Source of the DNA: Candidatus Saccharimonadia bacterium
GTDB lineage: Bacteria > Patescibacteriota > Saccharimonadia > CAILAD01 > JBBSBN01
DNA length: 30,490 nucleotides
NCBI GenBank assembly: GCA_038251205.1
Contig: JBBSBN010000001.1
Span: 1-30,490, forward strand
Reading direction: 5' to 3'
The stretch's first letter is position 1; each line of letters starts with the position of its first letter. Position numbers and translations under genes: made by a program. The notes below the pieces were generated by a model that saw only the letters and a list, made by a program, of their open reading frames with translations, was not told the DNA's origin and made no database searches. Shown here piece by piece: positions 25,263-30,490 of this stretch.

Positions 25263-25972
25263 TTCGAATAATTCATCTATACCCCAAAGAGATGAACATC
25301 TACGGTGATAGGGGTAATGTTGTAGCACTGAATGCTCGCTGCGCTTGGCGGAACATACAATCTAAAATTGTGTTCTGTGGCTTGGGCGATAAGCTAAGTA
25401 TTGCGCCCGGCGACATTGTGTTTATCGGAGGCGGGCAGGATCGAGGGCAATCAAGAGTAGCAGCTGATTTAGAAACCAAAGCTGATGTTATTCGTCAGGC
25501 AGTGGAGTCCGGCACGCCTTTACTAGCGATCTGTGGTGGCTACCAGCTTCTTGGTCATCACTTCCGACCGATAGAGGGCCCTGAGCTAGGGGGAATTGGA
25601 GTTTTTGATGCGAAAACCATGGGTGGATCCGAACGGATGATTGGCAACATAGTTGTTGAGTCCAAGCACTTCGGACGGCTGGTTGGATTTGAGAATCATA
25701 GCGGGCAGACAATCTTAGGGGAGAAGCAAGCTGAGCTAGGTGTAGTGCGACGCGGTTGTGGTAACAATGGCAAGGATCAAGGCGAGGGTGCAATGACTCA
25801 GCATGCAATTGGTACGTATATGCACGGGTCCTTCTTGCCTAAGAACCCAGCGGTGACTGACTGGCTGATCGCAGCAGCACAAGAACAACTTGGCGAGCCA
25901 ACAGTGCTTAAAAAGCTTGATGATAGTCTTGAGCGTAAAGCTTCAGATTACGCAGCCAGACTTGAACCTTAA
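25259..25972 (+). CDS. gatD: Lipid II isoglutaminyl synthase, GatD glutaminase subunit
   Basis: LYP..MNIYGDRGN, GGGQD, LAICGGYQLLG (catalytic Cys), GFENH, TYMHG..LPKNP; ATGA overlap with murT and AGGAG upstream. Confidence 0.93.
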   Translation: MIRIIHLYPKEMNIYGDRGNVVALNARCAWRNIQSKIVFCGLGDKLSIAPGDIVFIGGGQDRGQSRVAADLETKADVIRQAVESGTPLLAICGGYQLLGHHFRPIEGPELGGIGVFDAKTMGGSERMIGNIVVESKHFGRLVGFENHSGQTILGEKQAELGVVRRGCGNNGKDQGEGAMTQHAIGTYMHGSFLPKNPAVTDWLIAAAQEQLGEPTVLKKLDDSLERKASDYAARLEP

Positions 25973-26115
25973 GAATGCAAAAAATGTATACAATTTTAGT
26001 TAAATTATTATCTCGGCTCTAGCAATTGTTCAGCTGACTAACTATAATAGAGTCATAACAAAGAGGGTAGAGCTTGGATTGATTGGGTAACGATCCAAAC
26101 TGCAAAGCAACTACG

Positions 26116-26841
26116 ATGATGTATGAGAACTTATTTGGTTCAAAAACTCGAGTCAAGCTTCTAAGCTTGTTTTTCAATAATCCGGAACGTCCATTTTATG
26201 TCCGGGAAATTACCCGTAAAATCAACGAACAGATTAATTCAGTTAGACGAGAACTACAAAATCTTCTTGCCATTGGTATCGTCAAATCAGTCAGCCAATC
26301 TAACCGACTCTATTATGAGGTCAATCCTAGCTTCAAATTCTATGATGAGTTCAAGTCAATCTTTGAGAAAATGCCAACTGGCAACAAAGATATGAAAGAA
26401 ACTCGCGAAGAAGACCAACTAACTCGCCGCATGATAAAGGCTGGCAATATAAAGATGATGTTTCTCTCCGGGGCATTCGTGCGGGGCAGTAATCAAGCGA
26501 TCGATATCTTTATTGTTGGAGACGTTAATAAAGCTAAGCTGGCTCAGCTGATCGCTGATCTAGAGAAGGATATGAGCCGCGACCTTAACTATACGGTAAT
26601 GCGAGTCGAGGATTTTGATTATCGACGTAACCTTAATGATCGGTTTCTAGCTGATATGTTGGATGCTAAGAAGATTATTTTGATCGATGCTCTTGATGTC
26701 TTTACGAAAAAACCACAGAAAGGTGATCCAGCTAATGGGGATGGTACAGCTCTTGCTGAAGTTAACTTGTCTGAGCCAAATGCAGATATCACCGCCGCCG
26801 AAGCCGAACAGTTAGCTGGCAACGCTGGGCGCGTAGGCTAA
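26116..26841 (+). CDS. wHTH plus nucleotidyltransferase-like regulator
   Basis: LFGSKTRVKLL.LF..NP...FYVREI.R......NSVRREL..L; C-terminal SG.F......IDIFIVG...K..L...I..LE....R.LNY. Confidence 0.8.
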   Translation: MMYENLFGSKTRVKLLSLFFNNPERPFYVREITRKINEQINSVRRELQNLLAIGIVKSVSQSNRLYYEVNPSFKFYDEFKSIFEKMPTGNKDMKETREEDQLTRRMIKAGNIKMMFLSGAFVRGSNQAIDIFIVGDVNKAKLAQLIADLEKDMSRDLNYTVMRVEDFDYRRNLNDRFLADMLDAKKIILIDALDVFTKKPQKGDPANGDGTALAEVNLSEPNADITAAEAEQLAGNAGRVG

Positions 26842-26850
26842 TACCGAATT

Positions 26851-27894
26851 ATGGCCACAAAACAAAAACCCATCTCAATCACGATCGCACCAAAGACAAT
26901 TCTATTATCATTCTTTTTAGTCATTCTTTGCTTGCTGATATTACGATTGGCAGACGTAGCCTTACTTATTTTCTTTAGTGGGCTATTCGCGGCCGCCCTA
27001 CATCCAAGCGTGAAGTGGCTGATGCACAAAACCAAAATGCCCAAATTTGCGGCCATCACACTTATATATCTCATCATCATTGTATTTACTGTTTTGATCA
27101 TCGGATCAGTTGTGCCGGCAGTCACCGAGCAGATTGATTCATTAAGTCGAAACCTACCTGAGTACCAGCAGGATATTAGTGATGCCCTGGCTGGGAGTCC
27201 AAACATTCAGCATGTCGTGAATGATGCTCTGAGAAATCTCGGTCAACACTCTGATATGATAGTTACTAGATTGGCGTCAGCCACTCTAGGCCTGGTGATC
27301 AGTCTATTTGGGTTCATAACTGTCTTGCTTCTTGCAGCATATTTCTTATCAGGTGGTCGGGCTATGGCTAAGCGCTCGCTTCATTTTTTACCTGAACAAA
27401 AGTGGGCTGACCGCTGGCTGCTTGTCCTTGAGCATATCTCGGATCGACTTGGATATTGGCTACGTGGGCAGCTTGTAGTCTGCCTGTCGACTTTTGTATT
27501 GAGCTATATAGGTCTTCGAGTTTTGAACGTACCTTATGCTTTAACCATTTCTTTACTCGCTGGACTTCTCGATGTGATACCGACATTTGGTGCTTTTATC
27601 TCTGGAGCTTTGGCAGTGCTTATGGCATTGACCATATCTCCAGGCAAAGCTATAGCCACAGGGGTGTTGTGGTTAGTAATACAACAAGTACAAGGTAATA
27701 TTTTGACACCACAGATCATGAAGCGTGCCTTAGGCGTGCCAGCCGTGACGATCATTATTTCTGTTCTAGTATTCGGTAAATTATTAGGTCTTATCGGAGT
27801 TCTTCTCGCCGCACCAATGGCAGCGATTGTTGCAATTCTTGCAACAGAATTTGGGCCCGATAGCAGGCGTCTATGGAAAGAGAGTCAACAATAA
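26851..27894 (+). CDS. AI-2E (PerM) family transporter
   Basis: Multiple TM helices; YWLRGQL, AGLLDVIPTFG, QQVQGNILTPQIM, GLIGVLLAAP. Confidence 0.93.
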   Translation: MATKQKPISITIAPKTILLSFFLVILCLLILRLADVALLIFFSGLFAAALHPSVKWLMHKTKMPKFAAITLIYLIIIVFTVLIIGSVVPAVTEQIDSLSRNLPEYQQDISDALAGSPNIQHVVNDALRNLGQHSDMIVTRLASATLGLVISLFGFITVLLLAAYFLSGGRAMAKRSLHFLPEQKWADRWLLVLEHISDRLGYWLRGQLVVCLSTFVLSYIGLRVLNVPYALTISLLAGLLDVIPTFGAFISGALAVLMALTISPGKAIATGVLWLVIQQVQGNILTPQIMKRALGVPAVTIIISVLVFGKLLGLIGVLLAAPMAAIVAILATEFGPDSRRLWKESQQ

Positions 27895-27896
27895 CT

Positions 27897-28433
27897 ATGG
27901 AATTTTCATTAATCAAATCACCCAAGACCTACAAGGTTCAGAGCCGAAATATTAGCTTGGTGTTCAATCCAGAAGCAGCTGAGAAGGCTGATGTACTTCT
28001 ATTTGATAAGCATCAGGACAAGCTCAAGGCCGCCGAAGGCCAGAAGATATTTGATGGGGCAGGTGAGTATGAAGTCAATGATAGCTTGATGGAGGGTGTC
28101 GCTATTAATGGAGGAGTCAGCTATCGCATTGATGCCGACGGGATTGCAATTGTGCATCTCGCAGCTGGTACCTCAGAGCTTTCTGACAAACAGATCGAGG
28201 CATTGAGTCCTGTCGATATTGCAATGATTGCATCGCAAGATGTTTCCGCTCAGGATATTAGTAAGATTATTAGTCAGCTCGAGCCACGAGTCATTATTCC
28301 GGTGGGCGCAGACGGCGAGACGCTCAAGAAGCTTGCCGAAGAGCTTGGAGTTACAGCTGAGAAATCAGCTAAGTTCAAGATCAGCGCTAAGGATTTACCT
28401 CAAGACTCTCAAAAACTAGTTGTTGTAGAATAA
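27897..28433 (+). CDS. Degenerate MBL-fold (Lactamase_B_3-like) protein
   Basis: DGAGEYEV, IVHL...LSDKQIEAL..VDI, ISQLEPRVIIPV, FKISAKDLP. No HxHxDH motif. Confidence 0.7.
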   Translation: MEFSLIKSPKTYKVQSRNISLVFNPEAAEKADVLLFDKHQDKLKAAEGQKIFDGAGEYEVNDSLMEGVAINGGVSYRIDADGIAIVHLAAGTSELSDKQIEALSPVDIAMIASQDVSAQDISKIISQLEPRVIIPVGADGETLKKLAEELGVTAEKSAKFKISAKDLPQDSQKLVVVE

Positions 28434-28445
28434 ATATTTAAGAAA

Positions 28446-28718
28446 TTAGGCTTGGACCGCAGACTTGGCGGTCTTTTTTTCCGCTTGCTGCTCGCCAGCA
28501 GACTTGGCGCTAGCGGCAGCAGCAGCTGCAATTTTATCCTGCTTTTTGAGCGTGCGAATAGTCGAGGCGGCCAGTTTAAGGCGAACCTTCTGACCATCTA
28601 TCACAATAGTCTTGGTCTGTAAGTTTGGCTTCCAGACTTTTGGCGTATGGCGCATAGAGTGGCTGACGTTTCGGCCAAACTGCTTACCTTTACCTGTAAT
28701 GTCGCATTTGTATGCCAT
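28446..28718 (-). CDS. rpmB: 50S ribosomal protein L28 with Ala/Lys-rich tail
   Basis: CDITGK..QFGRNVSHS..HT.K.WKPNLQ, VRLKLAASTIRTL. Confidence 0.95.
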   Translation of the reverse strand: MAYKCDITGKGKQFGRNVSHSMRHTPKVWKPNLQTKTIVIDGQKVRLKLAASTIRTLKKQDKIAAAAAASAKSAGEQQAEKKTAKSAVQA

Positions 28719-28830
28719 AAGTATCTCTCGCAGAACTAAAATATAACCGTTTGATTGTACCACAATGATCCAGATAGTGCAAGATAAGGGTAGTCGAGAA
28801 GTGATGGGCGAATTATGCTAGGATAAGAGC

Positions 28831-29463
28831 ATGGCAAAACTGATTTCATTAGCATTTTACCTTGTAATTTTGGTGATTATTATCACTGTGCACGAGTTCG
28901 CGCATGCTTGGACCGCTCACCAATTAGGTGATTTAACCGCCAAGCGCGAAGGTCGACTGACACTCAACCCCTTGGCTCACATTGACCCTTTCTATACCCT
29001 TATACTCCCAATCACACTTATATTATTTGGGTCGCCCATCGTATTTGGTGCTGCTAAGCCGGTACCTTTCAATCCATATGCTGTGCGCTATGGGAAGTGG
29101 GGAGCAGCACTTATTGCCTTCGCCGGCCCTGCTAGTAATTTCTTGATGGCAGGTCTAGTGGCTATATATATTCGTTTTGTGCCATTGCAAGCTGGGCTTG
29201 GCAGTGACTTCTTGGTTACATTTGTGACTGTTAACCTTGCTTTCTTCGTCTTCAATATGCTACCAATCCCCCCACTTGATGGTTCGAGATTACTCTACGC
29301 AATTGCACCACCACCCCTGGCTGACGCGATGGAACGCTTCGAACGCTTTGGCTTGATGGGGATACTACTGATTGTACTGGTTCTCTATGCCTTTGTATCG
29401 CCGTTTATACTGTCGATTGTTACATTCTTGGCGACCGCACTCTTGGGCTACAACCCATTCTAA
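28831..29463 (+). CDS. Site-2 protease (M50)
   Basis: TVHEFAH (HExxH), GRLTLNPLAHIDP, GAAKPVP, AGPASN, FNMLPIPPLDG. Confidence 0.95.
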   Translation: MAKLISLAFYLVILVIIITVHEFAHAWTAHQLGDLTAKREGRLTLNPLAHIDPFYTLILPITLILFGSPIVFGAAKPVPFNPYAVRYGKWGAALIAFAGPASNFLMAGLVAIYIRFVPLQAGLGSDFLVTFVTVNLAFFVFNMLPIPPLDGSRLLYAIAPPPLADAMERFERFGLMGILLIVLVLYAFVSPFILSIVTFLATALLGYNPF

Positions 29464-29475
29464 TATGATATAATA

Positions 29476-29647
29476 GATGTAAGCTCTGTGTGCGCTCGTT
29501 TACAAACCGACCGATTTTTCTGCTTAACAATTACTTCGGGAAGCTAAGATTGCCGAGCCGCCGTGGCGACTTGGGCTGAGGCTACCCACCTGGCTTTTAG
29601 TCAGGAAATATCGTCGGCGCGGCCACCTGGAGCCTGTCTTATATATC
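29476..29647 (+). ncRNA. ssrS: Probable 6S RNA
   Basis: Preceded by TGaTATAAT. The ends base-pair (GCTC/GAGC, CCGAC/GTCGG, CGATTTTTCTG/CAGGAAATATCG). 6S-like motifs: 5' CTCTGTGTGCGC, 3' GCGGCCACCTGGAG, and ACCCACCTGG hairpin. A terminator follows. Confidence 0.7.
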
Positions 29648-29654
29648 TACTACC

Positions 29655-29679
29655 AAACACCGCTTTGCGGTGTTTTTCT
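29655..29679. terminator. Bidirectional intrinsic terminator
   Basis: AAACACCGC-ttt-GCGGTGTTT-TTC between the convergent 6S-like RNA and the PaaX-like gene. Confidence 0.85.
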
Positions 29680-30249
29680 TTACTTACCGCCGAGTCCGAA
29701 ATGCTGTTTGAGATCATGTTCACCATCTAGAGCGCGAGCTTCGATAATCTTAATGGCAGTTTTTAGATCAAGCTGTTTTCGCAGCGCATTTATGAATTTA
29801 TCTGGATTATAGGGAATGACCCAGAGACCTTTTAAGTAATGAACAAAGCCTTGACGCTTCAATTGGGTGATTAGTGTATTACGGGCAGCCTTGCGCGTCT
29901 CCGGTATCTCAAAAGTAACCAGATACCACACACCACCCCAGCTACTACTAGGACTCACCGTAATATGCCGACTTCGATATACGCTCAGGTGTTTCTGACC
30001 TCTAGGAGTAACTCTATAGATAATTTCGCCATCTATCTGGCCAGTTGACACAAAACCCTGCTTTGTAAGCAGGGCCGCTGTGTCGATAATCCGGCGAGAG
30101 GGCGTTGCCCGGGAGCCGGTAAATAGGTTTTGGAGTTCACGGTTCGAGGTAAGCTCACCTTGACTGGTGACTGATCGCTTGGCAATGCCAGCTAGAACCT
30201 CGGCCGTTTTGTTTATCCTGACCACACAAATTACTTTTAACACATTCAT
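29680..30249 (-). CDS. PaaX-family regulator with Cas2-like ferredoxin domain
   Basis: wHTH-like region (YRVTPRG), then WGGVWYLVTFEIPE..K..RN.L...LK..GF......LWV.PY. Confidence 0.85.
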   Translation of the reverse strand: MNVLKVICVVRINKTAEVLAGIAKRSVTSQGELTSNRELQNLFTGSRATPSRRIIDTAALLTKQGFVSTGQIDGEIIYRVTPRGQKHLSVYRSRHITVSPSSSWGGVWYLVTFEIPETRKAARNTLITQLKRQGFVHYLKGLWVIPYNPDKFINALRKQLDLKTAIKIIEARALDGEHDLKQHFGLGGK

Positions 30250-30412
30250 TGTGTCACAGCATAAGCACTGAGTAAAGTATTTTTACTGAATAATGATGTG
30301 GAAAACTATTAGTTCAGTACTATTCCAGATAGGAAATGAGAATTTTAGTGATATTAAAATTATCAATTTAATGTTTATGCTAGAATAAAAATGCAAAAAT
30401 ATTCTAGAATTT

Positions 30413-30488
30413 CGGGGTGTGGCGCAGTTGGTAGCGCGTACGGCTGGGGGCCGTGAGGTCGCAGGTTCAAGTCCTGTCACCCCGACCA
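30413..30488 (+). tRNA. tRNA-Pro(GGG)
   Basis: CGGGGTG/CACCCCG acceptor stem, TACGG-CTGGGGG-CCGTG anticodon arm, A73-CCA. Confidence 0.97.
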
Positions 30489-30490
30489 GA

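Noticed and set aside
26062-26113. Riboswitch in the leader of the wHTH regulator
   Set aside because: A hairpin (TTGGAT/ATCCAA, GTAG/CTAC) is possible, but no known aptamer motif was recognisable.
1-30490. CRISPR array, transposase, integrase or rRNA
   Set aside because: No regularly spaced repeats and no ORF with DDE, HUH, tyrosine- or serine-recombinase motifs. The Cas2-like domain is part of a PaaX-type regulator.
1-30490. Recoded stop codons (genetic code 25)
   Set aside because: Core genes are full length under code 11, and several end properly at TGA (for example pepF and murT).

Overview
A chromosomal window from a small-genome bacterium, most likely Patescibacteria/CPR. The placement is inferred from the PaaX/Cas2-like regulator, the wHTH-nucleotidyltransferase regulator, the CPR-style NDK, GT2 and PrsA, and tRNA-Ile(UAU). 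Genetic code 11 reads cleanly. Most of the window is core genes: dedA, an M16 peptidase, ndk, prsA, pepF, a GT2/WecA-like operon, rplY, nrdR, dinB, thrS, an amidase, miaA, murT/gatD, an AI-2E transporter, rpmB and a site-2 protease. It also holds six tRNAs (Arg-CCT, Asp-GTC, Gly-CCC, Thr-CGT, Ile-TAT, Pro-GGG), a probable 6S RNA and a T-box riboswitch before thrS. Two small accessory patches sit directly downstream of tRNA-Asp and tRNA-Ile, with no integrase in view. Each carries orphan genes with strong AAGGAG ribosome-binding sites, and the two share a similar promoter/boundary layout, making them the best candidate for an undescribed gene-capture system. Other notable points are a T-box with an apparently ultrashort stem I, tRNA-Ile(UAU), six probable leaderless genes, a dense operator cluster between nrdR and dinB, and a MurT that has lost all four zinc-finger cysteines. 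No CRISPR array, rRNA, transposase or integrase was found. All family assignments come from motif recognition by eye; no database was searched.
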